Assembly (NCBI GenBank): GCA_945910425.1
Contig: CAMDYM010000001.1
Coordinates: 1,398 to 65,397, forward strand
DNA length: 64,000 nt
Direction: 5' to 3'
DNA from: an uncultured Candidatus Melainabacteria bacterium
GTDB lineage: Bacteria > Cyanobacteriota > Vampirovibrionia > Gastranaerophilales > Gastranaerophilaceae
The notes under the pieces are model-generated. The model did no database searches, was not told the DNA's origin, and worked only from the letters and a program-made list of their open reading frames with translations. A program made the position numbers and the translations under genes. Below are positions 7,815-16,992 of this stretch, piece after piece. The stretch's first letter is position 1, and each line of letters begins with the position of its first letter.

Positions 7815-9539
7815 ATGAGGATTTCAAATAAAAAACAGGCTTATTCATTAGCAGAAATAATGACGGTAATGCTTGTTTTAACAGTAATATTTGCGGCATT
7901 TGCACCGTTTATGACAAAAAGAAGAGTTGCAACAAGAAATGTTGATACCCCTTGGGTATTAACAGACCAACAATCTTATGATGCTCAAACTGATCCCGGA
8001 AATAATACTAACCGTAACCAAATGTTTTTTGGTATTACACCTAAATCAGGCGATGAAGTTGAATCTCAGTATCAACCGTTTGCAAAACTTGTAATTCGTT
8101 CAGGAGAAGTTACCGGTGGACTTGTTCAAAGACAATTACAATTCCGTTACGGACTTAATAATTCTAGTTCAAAATATACTGATAAAGGAAAATATGCCGG
8201 AACATGGTTAATGGATGGTAAAAATGTCCTTATGGGCGGCGGGTATAGAAATATAGTAACTAAAAATTCAGGTAGCACACAAGCAAGTAAGAACAATACT
8301 GCCATTGGTTACAACGCTTTAAATAAAATAACTTATGGCTCAGGTAATACTGCCTTGGGATATAATGCATTAGCTAATGTAACTTACGCTAAAGATAATG
8401 TTGCTATTGGAGCAAATACAGCGTCAAACTTATATACTTCACAAAATACATATATTGGAGCAAATGCAGGAAAATCACAAACCGGGTCTAAAAATGTTGC
8501 GGTAGGTTACAATGCGGCAGGAGCTAGTAGCGGTACAGGATCTAATAATACCTATGTCGGGGCTTTTTCTGGACAATCTTCTACACGCGCAAATCGTAAT
8601 GTAGCAGTTGGTGCTCATGCCCTTAAATCTATAACAACAGGGTATGACAATGTGGCTTTAGGTTATGGCGCATTACAAAAATTAACAACAGGCTATTATA
8701 ATGTCGCTATTGGCTATAATGCTTGTTCTAAAGTTACATCAGGCTCTTATAAAACTTGTATCGGTGCTAATTCAGGACCAAAATCCGGCACCAACGGGGT
8801 TGGTAACTTTATAAAAGGTTGGGAAGATAATGTTCAAAGAACATATATCGGCTCTAAACCTCATAACTTTGGCGGTGATGCTGTTCTGGAAATTCATAAC
8901 CCTGAGCCACCAAAAGACTTGAACAAGAATGGTATTGTTCAATATTTAGCCGGAACAGCATCAAATACAACAACCATTATCAATGGAAATTTAATTGTTA
9001 CTGGTAAAACTTATTTTACTTCCGGTCAAAATTTGTATCACCTTCATGAATTAAGTGGCACTAATTCAAAATATGTCTTTGGAGCTTCAGGCACTAATGA
9101 TGTCTGCTCTTATGATCCTAAAAGTTATGCATTTACAGGAAGTAACTGTAAAGTCTTTTCATCAGACAGAAGGCTCAAAAATATAGGAACAAAAAATGGG
9201 GCAGGGCTTGATAAATTATCACAATTAAAAATTTATAACTATACTTTTAAAAACGATAAAAACAAATTACCGCATGTCGGGGTAATGGCTCAAGATTTGC
9301 AAAAAGTATTTCCAAATTCTGTATTTAAAGGTGAAGATGGCTATCTTCGTATCCGTTGGGATGAGATGTTCTTTGCCACAATAAACGCGGTCAAAGAATT
9401 AGACAAAAAACTCATTGCACTTGTAAATAAAACATTCAAGGTTGAATCTCAAATCGCAAAACTTGAAAAAGAAAATGTTATTTTAAAATCTCAAGTAGAT
9501 TTATTAACAACAAGAATAAATAAATTAAAAGCTCAATAA
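7815..9539 (+). CDS. Prepilin-leader / tail-fibre-repeat protein with C-terminal S74 intramolecular chaperone domain (paralog A)
   Basis: MRISNKKQA|YSLAEIMTVMLVLTVIFAAFAPF is a class III signal-like N-terminus (E at +5). About 15 iterations of NTA(I/L)GYNAL..T.G repeats. Conserved neck AVLEIHN...NGNLIVTGKTYF. SSDRRLKNI...YNYTFKND..LPHVGVMAQDLQKVFPNSV...IRWDEMF matches the endosialidase/tail-spike chaperone domain (Ser-x4-Lys dyad, Ser codon 9162-9164), followed by a coiled coil. GGAG RBS 8 nt before ATG 7815. Confidence 0.75.
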   Translation: MRISNKKQAYSLAEIMTVMLVLTVIFAAFAPFMTKRRVATRNVDTPWVLTDQQSYDAQTDPGNNTNRNQMFFGITPKSGDEVESQYQPFAKLVIRSGEVTGGLVQRQLQFRYGLNNSSSKYTDKGKYAGTWLMDGKNVLMGGGYRNIVTKNSGSTQASKNNTAIGYNALNKITYGSGNTALGYNALANVTYAKDNVAIGANTASNLYTSQNTYIGANAGKSQTGSKNVAVGYNAAGASSGTGSNNTYVGAFSGQSSTRANRNVAVGAHALKSITTGYDNVALGYGALQKLTTGYYNVAIGYNACSKVTSGSYKTCIGANSGPKSGTNGVGNFIKGWEDNVQRTYIGSKPHNFGGDAVLEIHNPEPPKDLNKNGIVQYLAGTASNTTTIINGNLIVTGKTYFTSGQNLYHLHELSGTNSKYVFGASGTNDVCSYDPKSYAFTGSNCKVFSSDRRLKNIGTKNGAGLDKLSQLKIYNYTFKNDKNKLPHVGVMAQDLQKVFPNSVFKGEDGYLRIRWDEMFFATINAVKELDKKLIALVNKTFKVESQIAKLEKENVILKSQVDLLTTRINKLKAQ

Positions 9540-9563
9540 CATTTATTTGACAATATTAAAAAA

Positions 9564-9594
9564 GAGAATCTCTAAATTTAGAGGTTCTCTTTTA
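9564..9594 (+). terminator. Rho-independent terminator after paralog A
   Basis: GAGAATCTCT-AAATTT-AGAGGTTCTC followed by TTTT. Confidence 0.7.
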
Positions 9595-9726
9595 TTAACT
9601 TTTATTATTAATAACTTATAAAAAATTTGATTATTATAAGCGTTTGATTTACACTATTTAGCAAATGGAGTGCCGGGTTGGAATTAAAAGACTTACCGGC
9701 AAGGAAAATAAATTAAGGAGAAAGAA

Positions 9727-10998
9727 ATGACACCAAAGAAATTTTTATTTACTTCTGAATCAGTTACGGAAGGACACCCCGACAAAGTTTGCGACCAAAT
9801 TTCAGACGCAATTTTAGATGAATTTCTAACAAAAGACAGACAATCAAGAGTTGCTGCTGAAACCACAGTAACAACAGGTATGGCTTTAGTTTGCGGAGAA
9901 ATAACCGCTGATTGTTATGTAGATATTCCGCAGGTTGTTAGAAATACAATCAAAAATATCGGTTACATTGGTTCTAATGCAGGTGGTTTTGATGCTGATA
10001 CTTGCGCTGTATTAACAAGTATTGATGAACAATCAACAGATATCGGAAACGGGGTTAACAAAGCTTTTGAAACAAGAAGTGAAAACGCAGATACTTCAAG
10101 TGTTGAAACAGAAGAAATTGGAGCAGGCGATCAAGGTATAATGTTTGGTTATGCTTGCAACGAAACACCTGAACTTATGCCGTTACCAATAAGCCTTGCT
10201 CATAAATTGTCATACAGATTAGCTCAAGTAAGAAAACAAGGACTTGTTAATTATTTAAGACCTGACGGTAAATCTCAAGTAACTGTCGAATATGTTGACG
10301 GTAAACCTTCAAGAATCCACACTGTACTGCTTTCAACTCAACATAACCCGTCTATTAATGGTGAAACTGATAATCAAAAAGTTCAAGACATTATTAAAAA
10401 TGATTTAAAAAAACTTGTTATTGATTATGTTTTTGAAAATGAAGAAATCGGATTAGACGAAAATACAATCATTTTAATCAATCCTTCAGGAAGATTTGTA
10501 ATTGGCGGGCCTCAGGGTGATTCAGGATTAACAGGCAGAAAAATTATCGTAGATACCTACGGTGGATATTCAAGACACGGCGGTGGAGCATTCTCTGGAA
10601 AAGATCCGACAAAAGTTGACAGATCAGCAGCTTACGCTTCACGTTATGTAGCTAAAAACATCGTAGCATCAGGTTTAGCTGAAAAATGCGAAATAGAATT
10701 AGCTTATGCTATTGGTGTAGCTGAACCTTTATCAATTATGGTTGATACCTTTGGAACAGGTAAAATTTCAGATGATGAAATTTCAAAACTTGTTTACAAA
10801 AACTTCGACTTAAGACCTGCTGCAATTATTAACAAATTTGATTTAAGAAACTTACCTGCTAAAAACGGTGGTAAATTCTATCAATTATTAGCAGCTTACG
10901 GTCATATGGGACGTACTGATATAAATGTTCCTTGGGAACAAACAGACAAGGCTGAAACATTAAAAACTCAAGCTATGTCAATATCATCTTGCATATAA
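9727..10998 (+). CDS. metK: S-adenosylmethionine synthetase
   Basis: [55 protein letters not shown]. Strong AAGGAGAAAG RBS. Confidence 0.95.
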   Translation: MTPKKFLFTSESVTEGHPDKVCDQISDAILDEFLTKDRQSRVAAETTVTTGMALVCGEITADCYVDIPQVVRNTIKNIGYIGSNAGGFDADTCAVLTSIDEQSTDIGNGVNKAFETRSENADTSSVETEEIGAGDQGIMFGYACNETPELMPLPISLAHKLSYRLAQVRKQGLVNYLRPDGKSQVTVEYVDGKPSRIHTVLLSTQHNPSINGETDNQKVQDIIKNDLKKLVIDYVFENEEIGLDENTIILINPSGRFVIGGPQGDSGLTGRKIIVDTYGGYSRHGGGAFSGKDPTKVDRSAAYASRYVAKNIVASGLAEKCEIELAYAIGVAEPLSIMVDTFGTGKISDDEISKLVYKNFDLRPAAIINKFDLRNLPAKNGGKFYQLLAAYGHMGRTDINVPWEQTDKAETLKTQAMSISSCI

Positions 10999-11026
10999 AT
11001 AAATCTATAAAATCAAATAATTAAAG

Positions 11027-11061
11027 AAAAGCCCTTTCAAATATATTTTGAAAGGGCTTTT
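11027..11061. terminator. Bidirectional terminator between metK and paralog B
   Basis: AAAAGCCCTTTCAA-ATATATT-TTGAAAGGGCTTTT, a perfect 10-bp stem flanked by A/T runs between convergent genes. Confidence 0.75.
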
Positions 11062-11086
11062 AATGGTTTTAATTAATTAAGTATTG

Positions 11087-13375
11087 TTACTTATTTTTTG
11101 TTTCAAGAATATTTAATTCTGTTTCTAATTTATCTAACTTTGCATTAAGTTCTTGGTTATCCTTTTTCAAGGCTGCAACACGAGATTTATCCGTTGAAAT
11201 CTTTGAAGCTAGTTTTTCTATTCGAACATTCAACTCTTTAACAGAATTAATAACAGCATAGAACATTTCATCCCAGCGAATTTGGTAATAACCGTTTTCA
11301 TCTTTAGATACAGCGTTAGGGAAAACCATCTTCAAATCTTGAGCCATTACACCTACTTGAGGTAACTTCCTTACATCATTTTTGAATGTAAAATTATAGA
11401 TGTTTAAGCGTTTTAATTCTGCTAATCCTGCCGTGAACTTATCACCTATATTTTTCAAACGAGCATCTGAAGTTAGATACCCTCTGGTATCTTTTTCATC
11501 TGCTGCATTTATTGTCAAATTTGGGCAACAAGAGGATTTTATTTCACCAAAACGACCGTCTGTAGCACCACCAATACCTTTTAAATGAGCAAGAGGTTGG
11601 TCAGTTCCCAAAGACCTATAATCTCCACGCTCAAAGATTCCATATTTTACATTATTACCATAAGCTCTATTTGGATTTTTCCATTCGGAATTTCGTTCCA
11701 AATAAACGGTACCTCCTACAGCTTGATCATTATAATATTGCCCCATCCTATGACGATTACCGCAAATAGTACCATTACCATCACCATCATCGCCATAAGT
11801 AATATCACCTTCTGTTTTTGTAATCCAGTCATAAGAAGTACTACCTTTACGAAGGGATTCTCCAACATTTGCATAATTTGTATTTCCTGTATATGAACCA
11901 ACCGTTGTACAAATACAATTAGTTCTTAAGTCTTTAAAATCATGCAACTGACAACGTCTTCTATTACATCTTGCAAAAGATTTTTCATTACGACGAGCCC
12001 CATCATATCCCATAAAAGAATAAGTACTGCTATTAACTTTTTGTACCTGATAAGCAACAAGTCCTTTTGGTAAATATTCAGGATGCATTTGATATTTACC
12101 GTTATCACTTGTTGCCGGTCTCCAAATAGGAGTTTCTAAATAAGATTGACCTCTTACAACTAAATTACCATTTATGACAACAGATTCATAGCCCAAACCT
12201 GAAATTGGCACCATTTTCTTAGAAGTATCAGAGGCAGATACATTATGGACTTCTAAAACAGCACCAGGCCCCTTACCTGTTGAAGCTCCGGTAGACCTAG
12301 GAATAGAGCCAATAAATACTCTTTCATGAGTACCATTATACAAACCTTCTAATGGTTTTATATTATTTTTAACAGTATCTGAATTTTGTATAGTTCCAGA
12401 AAAAGCTCCAACAAAGGTTTTATTAGAACCTGTTGTTAATAAATCGCCTGTATGAGAACCAATCGCAGTATTATAAGACCCCTTCGTTATATTTCTTAAA
12501 GATTTAGAACCTATTGCAGTATTATAATTACCTTCTGTATTATTTATTAATGCGGAATAACCGACAGCAGTATTTCCATAACCGCTTGTTAACTGATATT
12601 TATACGAATTATCTCCCTCATTATAAGACATTAATGAACCTAAAATAGTATTAGAATACCCGGTAGAGTCAACATGACCTGCATCAGTCATCCCTATTAT
12701 CGTATTATCATTGCCTTTATTTCCAGTTACATAGGCACCGGCAGCACGACCTGCAAAAGTGTTTCTGGAGCCTGTAGTATACCGACCGGCTCTGGAACCA
12801 ATCGCGGTATTATTACTACCTGTTGTTAATTCATTAAAAGTTAAATTACCGGCAGCAGTATTGTTAGAACCAGTTGTTAATGCTGATAAAGAACCTGAAC
12901 CGTAAGCAGTATTATTTACAGCTGAAGATTGAACATTTTTATATTCTCCACCAAGTAAAAAATTTCCGCGACCAGCCAATAACGAACCTAGATAAGTTCC
13001 TTCAGCAGGAGTATTACCGTAGCGAAACTGCATCTGAGTCTGAATACCTGATATTCCTTTCAGCTTTTCAGCCGAACGAATAACAAGCTTAGAGTAAAGA
13101 GGATTGCCGGAAGCATCTTGAATTGCCGCACTTACATCAAGAGCCTTTTTTACAGGAATACCAATAAAAGCTTGTGCTGTAAATGACTTATTAGACGCAT
13201 CATAATAAGCATCATTATGACTATCAGAAGGAACATAAGTCCAAACATCATCATATGAAACATTATGCTGTCTTTTGGTCATAACAGGAGCAAATGCGGC
13301 CATTAATACTGAAAGTGTTAACAGTAATATCATTACTTCTGCCATTGTAAATGCTTTATTTTTAATATATTTCAT
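11087..13375 (-). CDS. Prepilin-leader / tail-fibre-repeat protein with C-terminal S74 chaperone domain (paralog B, 762 aa)
   Basis: MKYIKNKA|FTMAEVMILLLTLSVLMAAFAPV. Repeats of the NNTA.G..A....TTGSNNTA type. Neck AVLEVHN...INGNLVVRGQSYL. About 220-aa Cys/Gly/Asp-rich distal region. TSDARLKNIGDKF...YNFTFKND..LPQVGVMAQDLKMVFPNAV...IRWDEMF plus a coiled coil (Ser codon 11468-11470). GGAG RBS. Starts 14 nt after paralog C. Confidence 0.75.
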   Translation of the reverse strand: MKYIKNKAFTMAEVMILLLTLSVLMAAFAPVMTKRQHNVSYDDVWTYVPSDSHNDAYYDASNKSFTAQAFIGIPVKKALDVSAAIQDASGNPLYSKLVIRSAEKLKGISGIQTQMQFRYGNTPAEGTYLGSLLAGRGNFLLGGEYKNVQSSAVNNTAYGSGSLSALTTGSNNTAAGNLTFNELTTGSNNTAIGSRAGRYTTGSRNTFAGRAAGAYVTGNKGNDNTIIGMTDAGHVDSTGYSNTILGSLMSYNEGDNSYKYQLTSGYGNTAVGYSALINNTEGNYNTAIGSKSLRNITKGSYNTAIGSHTGDLLTTGSNKTFVGAFSGTIQNSDTVKNNIKPLEGLYNGTHERVFIGSIPRSTGASTGKGPGAVLEVHNVSASDTSKKMVPISGLGYESVVINGNLVVRGQSYLETPIWRPATSDNGKYQMHPEYLPKGLVAYQVQKVNSSTYSFMGYDGARRNEKSFARCNRRRCQLHDFKDLRTNCICTTVGSYTGNTNYANVGESLRKGSTSYDWITKTEGDITYGDDGDGNGTICGNRHRMGQYYNDQAVGGTVYLERNSEWKNPNRAYGNNVKYGIFERGDYRSLGTDQPLAHLKGIGGATDGRFGEIKSSCCPNLTINAADEKDTRGYLTSDARLKNIGDKFTAGLAELKRLNIYNFTFKNDVRKLPQVGVMAQDLKMVFPNAVSKDENGYYQIRWDEMFYAVINSVKELNVRIEKLASKISTDKSRVAALKKDNQELNAKLDKLETELNILETKNK

Positions 13376-13389
13376 TTGCGTACTCCATA

Positions 13390-15387
13390 TTAGTTTTCAA
13401 GTTTATTAACTCTTTTATTCAGAGAATCTATTCTTCGTTGAACTGACCTTTGTTCTTTTTCAACTATTTTCGAATCTTTTTCTAATGAATCGACATCTTT
13501 ATTAAAATCAATTAATTTTTGATTTAACTTTTTAACTGAATTAATTGTTACGTAGAACAGTTCATCCCGTCTTATTTGTAAGTAACCTTCATCATCTGTA
13601 GACACAGAATTTGGCAGATATTTTTGCAAATCTTGTGCTATAACTCCGACTTGAGGAGTATTATCTTTATCAGATTTATATGTAAAATTATAAGGCATAA
13701 CCAGCATAATTTTTTCCAAAGCATCAGTATTTTCTGTTATATTTTCTTTTAATCGTATATCAGAAAGCTGCAAATCAGGGCAATTTCCCCCTGATTTAGG
13801 ATAATTATCCGTAACAGAATCCACACATGCAGGAGCAAATTTAGGATTTGTATCATCTCCGCCCATAGTAAAGTTCATCGCTGAAAATGATAATGGATCC
13901 GGAGCCCTATCATAGCCTTTACCACCAAACATTGATCCTACAAATCCCCCAACAGTACCACCCCAAAGGGCAGCATAAGCTATTGCAATAGCAGTTGTTG
14001 CTCCAAGAGTGATAAAACCACCAACAATTGCAGCAGCACCAATAATAACACCGACTATAATATTCCAAATACTACAACTTGATGAGTGCCAATGCCTTCT
14101 ATGAAATGGCTTTGTACAGCATTCATCTCTACCCTTTTCAGAGCCGCTTTTCTTATCTGTAATGATAGAAACCGTATGAGTACTCAATTTTCCACCATGG
14201 GTAATTGCTGCCGGGAAAAATACGTTACCTCTAACAACCAAATTAGAATTCATAACAACGGTAGGTCCTAAATTGGACGAAAAATTATGGACTTCAAGTA
14301 CTGATCGACCGCCGAAACCCTTTGGAGAACCACCCAAATATATATGATCACCATTATCAATATCAAAACCTGCAGTTCCTCCTGAACTAGGAGCTCCAGA
14401 CCTGACACCTTTATTTTTAGCAGATTCATAACCAATACAAGTATTAGTTGTCCCTTTACCATCATATGAAACCGACATACAGGAATCATAACCAACCGCA
14501 GTTAAATTAGACTGAGTTGTTGTTTTTCCTGTATAAACATCATAACCTATAATAGTATTATTTTGAGAATTTTCAGCATAATAATATGAACCAAGTATAA
14601 CATTGTCATTAGAAGCTGTGGTTAAACCTACAGAAGAAACGTTGGCACCTGCAAATACATTATTATTACCTCTTGATGTTGCACTATTTAAGACATTAGC
14701 TCCAAGGGCTACAGTATTATTTATAGCACCCATTGCTTCTGTTCTTCCGGTATTAGCACCTAAAAATGTATTATTAGAGCCTGATAAATATTCTCCTGAT
14801 TGAACACCAGCTGCAACGTTAGAATAGGCTACATGTGTCTTAGATTTATCTTTGGCTAAATCTGAAGCCATAGCTCGAGCACCAATTGCAACATTTAGTT
14901 TAGGAACAGTATAACTGTTAAAAGCACTCATCCCAGCGGCTGTATTTTCTTCACCCACCCCGGAATATGAAACCTTACCTACAGTTTTTAAATTGCCCTT
15001 ATCATCAAAGGTAAAAGAACCGACATAACGACCGTCGCCATCACCATATCTGAAATGAATCATATCCTGAGGGTATTCATTACCGCTATCATTGATTTTA
15101 ACAGCCTTTAAAACTACTTTTGAATAATGTTTTTCCTTATATACTTTTTCTATGCCTGCTTTTGTTAATCCTACAAACGCAGCAGAAGTCAAAGTCGGAA
15201 CTTCTGAATCATAATATGCGTCATGGGTATTACCGTCAGTAAATCGCCATACAGACTCAAGGTTTACCTCAGAACCGTTAAACCTCTTTGTTATTATCGG
15301 TGCTAACGCGGCAAATAAAACCGCCACAATTACTAAAACAATAAGTAATTCTGTCAACGAAAAAGCTTTAAATTTATTAAAATTCAT
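13390..15387 (-). CDS. Prepilin-leader / tail-fibre-repeat protein with internal glycine-zipper hydrophobic segment and C-terminal S74 chaperone domain (paralog C)
   Basis: MNFNKFKA|FSLTELLIVLVIVAVLFAALAPI. Repeat region and neck SVLEVHN...NSNLVVRGNVFF. Hydrophobic Gly-rich stretch WNIIVGVIIGAAAIVGGFITLGATTAIAIAYAALWGGTVGGFVGSMFGG. LSDIRLKENI...YNFTYKSD..TPQVGVIAQDLQKYLPNSV...IRRDELF plus a coiled coil (Ser codon 13762-13764). The start is ambiguous: ATG 15387 is preferred by GGAG spacing, with alternatives at 15393 (ATG) and 15396 (TTG). Confidence 0.7.
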   Translation of the reverse strand: MNFNKFKAFSLTELLIVLVIVAVLFAALAPIITKRFNGSEVNLESVWRFTDGNTHDAYYDSEVPTLTSAAFVGLTKAGIEKVYKEKHYSKVVLKAVKINDSGNEYPQDMIHFRYGDGDGRYVGSFTFDDKGNLKTVGKVSYSGVGEENTAAGMSAFNSYTVPKLNVAIGARAMASDLAKDKSKTHVAYSNVAAGVQSGEYLSGSNNTFLGANTGRTEAMGAINNTVALGANVLNSATSRGNNNVFAGANVSSVGLTTASNDNVILGSYYYAENSQNNTIIGYDVYTGKTTTQSNLTAVGYDSCMSVSYDGKGTTNTCIGYESAKNKGVRSGAPSSGGTAGFDIDNGDHIYLGGSPKGFGGRSVLEVHNFSSNLGPTVVMNSNLVVRGNVFFPAAITHGGKLSTHTVSIITDKKSGSEKGRDECCTKPFHRRHWHSSSCSIWNIIVGVIIGAAAIVGGFITLGATTAIAIAYAALWGGTVGGFVGSMFGGKGYDRAPDPLSFSAMNFTMGGDDTNPKFAPACVDSVTDNYPKSGGNCPDLQLSDIRLKENITENTDALEKIMLVMPYNFTYKSDKDNTPQVGVIAQDLQKYLPNSVSTDDEGYLQIRRDELFYVTINSVKKLNQKLIDFNKDVDSLEKDSKIVEKEQRSVQRRIDSLNKRVNKLEN

Positions 15388-15562
15388 CCTCATCAAACTC
15401 CAAGTACTCTATGTTAATAATATAATTTTAACATAATTTAGCCAATATTTCAATAATATTCACAAAATATACAAATTTAAATTTAAAATCAGACAATAAG
15501 TGTAATTTGAGCATACATAAAAATTTACATACTTAAGAAATTTGATATGATAAAATTTAATC

Positions 15563-16957
15563 ATGACCGGCAAAAATATTAAATGGCTAATTTGTATACT
15601 TATAATCACGGGAAATTTCCTTGGAATGCTTGATTCAAGCACTGTTAATCTTGCATTATATCCTATTGCAAGCGGACTTGGTGTAACCTTAGTTGAAGTA
15701 CAATGGATTGTTATTGCTTATATGCTTGTTTTAACAGTTTTTTTACCGTTTTTTGGCAAACTTGGTGATATATTTCCTAAAAACAAGATTTATACCGTCG
15801 GTTTTTTAATTTTTGCTCTCGGAGCATTATTAAATTCAACCTCACAAAGTTTATATATGCTAGTAACATTCAGATGTATCGAGGCATTAGGTGCTTCAAT
15901 TATGATTGCAAACGGTCCTGCTGCAATTGCGGCTTTATTTAAAGGCGAAGATAGAGGAAAGGCTCTTGGAATTAATGCTTGTCTTGTTGCAATTGGAGGA
16001 ATGAGCGGTCCTGCTATTGGCGGATTTTTAATCAATTCATTCGGTTGGAGAACTATATTTTTACCTTCCGTTCCTATTGCAATATTAGGGGCTATGGCAT
16101 CTTATAAATTTTTACCTAATTACGTAAAGAAAAAAGCTTTTAAATTTGATTATAAAGGGTTTTTATATTTTTCTGTGGGACTTTTTACACTGCTTTTGGC
16201 TATCTCAGAAGGTCATACCTGGGGATGGAAATCATTAAAAATAATTATACTGGGTATTATTACATTAATTTTTGGCGGGTTATTTTATTTTAGAGATAAG
16301 AAAATTAATTATCCGTTGATAAGTTTTAAGATGTTTAAGATTAAAACTTTCACATTCGGAAACATAGCAGTTATGACATCATACATGTGTATGTTCACTA
16401 ACGGCATTTTATTACCGTTTTTCTTACAAGAAATCGTAAAATATAACGCATTTTTAACAGGGCTATTAATACTGCCGTATTCTATAGCTTCATCTGCTGT
16501 TGCACCGTTTGCCGGAAGTTACGCGGGGAAAAACGGAAGCAGAACTTTAACAATTATAGGTCCATGCATTTATATACTGGCACTAATTATCTTTACAACT
16601 TTTAATACAACAACACCTATGTGGGAAATTGTTTTTGCATCAATTGTCATGGGTATAGGCAACGGCTGTTTTCAATCACCTTCAAATAACGCAATCATCA
16701 CCTGCGTAAATAAAGAAGAATTAGGAATCGCAAGCGGTATTTTATCATTATCCAGAAATTTAGGTAACATTTTAGGTGTTGCAATAACTATTACGCTGTT
16801 TGACAGCTTCAAAAACACTTTACTTAACGACGGATTAAAATACAAAGACGCATTTTTAACTTCTTATCATTGGACAATGTGCTTTGGGATTTTATTTGGA
16901 ATTATTTGCTTATTATGTTCTTATATTGCATATAACCCTAATAATAAAAAAGTCTAG
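15563..16957 (+). CDS. MFS transporter, 14-TMS drug:H+ antiporter (EmrB/QacA-like)
   Basis: 464 aa and highly hydrophobic, with about 14 predicted helices. MFS motifs LDSSTVNLALYPIA, GKLGDIFPKNKIY and ALGASIMIANGPAAI. Confidence 0.75.
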   Translation: MTGKNIKWLICILIITGNFLGMLDSSTVNLALYPIASGLGVTLVEVQWIVIAYMLVLTVFLPFFGKLGDIFPKNKIYTVGFLIFALGALLNSTSQSLYMLVTFRCIEALGASIMIANGPAAIAALFKGEDRGKALGINACLVAIGGMSGPAIGGFLINSFGWRTIFLPSVPIAILGAMASYKFLPNYVKKKAFKFDYKGFLYFSVGLFTLLLAISEGHTWGWKSLKIIILGIITLIFGGLFYFRDKKINYPLISFKMFKIKTFTFGNIAVMTSYMCMFTNGILLPFFLQEIVKYNAFLTGLLILPYSIASSAVAPFAGSYAGKNGSRTLTIIGPCIYILALIIFTTFNTTTPMWEIVFASIVMGIGNGCFQSPSNNAIITCVNKEELGIASGILSLSRNLGNILGVAITITLFDSFKNTLLNDGLKYKDAFLTSYHWTMCFGILFGIICLLCSYIAYNPNNKKV

Positions 16958-16992
16958 CAAATTTTATTTTTAGCAGCCTTTATATTGGTACG

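Noticed and set aside
9596-9726. Possible SAM riboswitch in the metK leader (hairpin UGCCGG...CCGGCA at 9671-9701)
   Set aside because: The leader downstream of the plausible promoter (TTGATT-N17-TACACT) is only about 70 nt. I cannot find S-box, SAM-II/V, SMK or SAM-VI consensus elements. The hairpin neither sequesters the AAGGAG RBS nor forms a terminator. A covariance-model scan would settle it, and I expect no hit.
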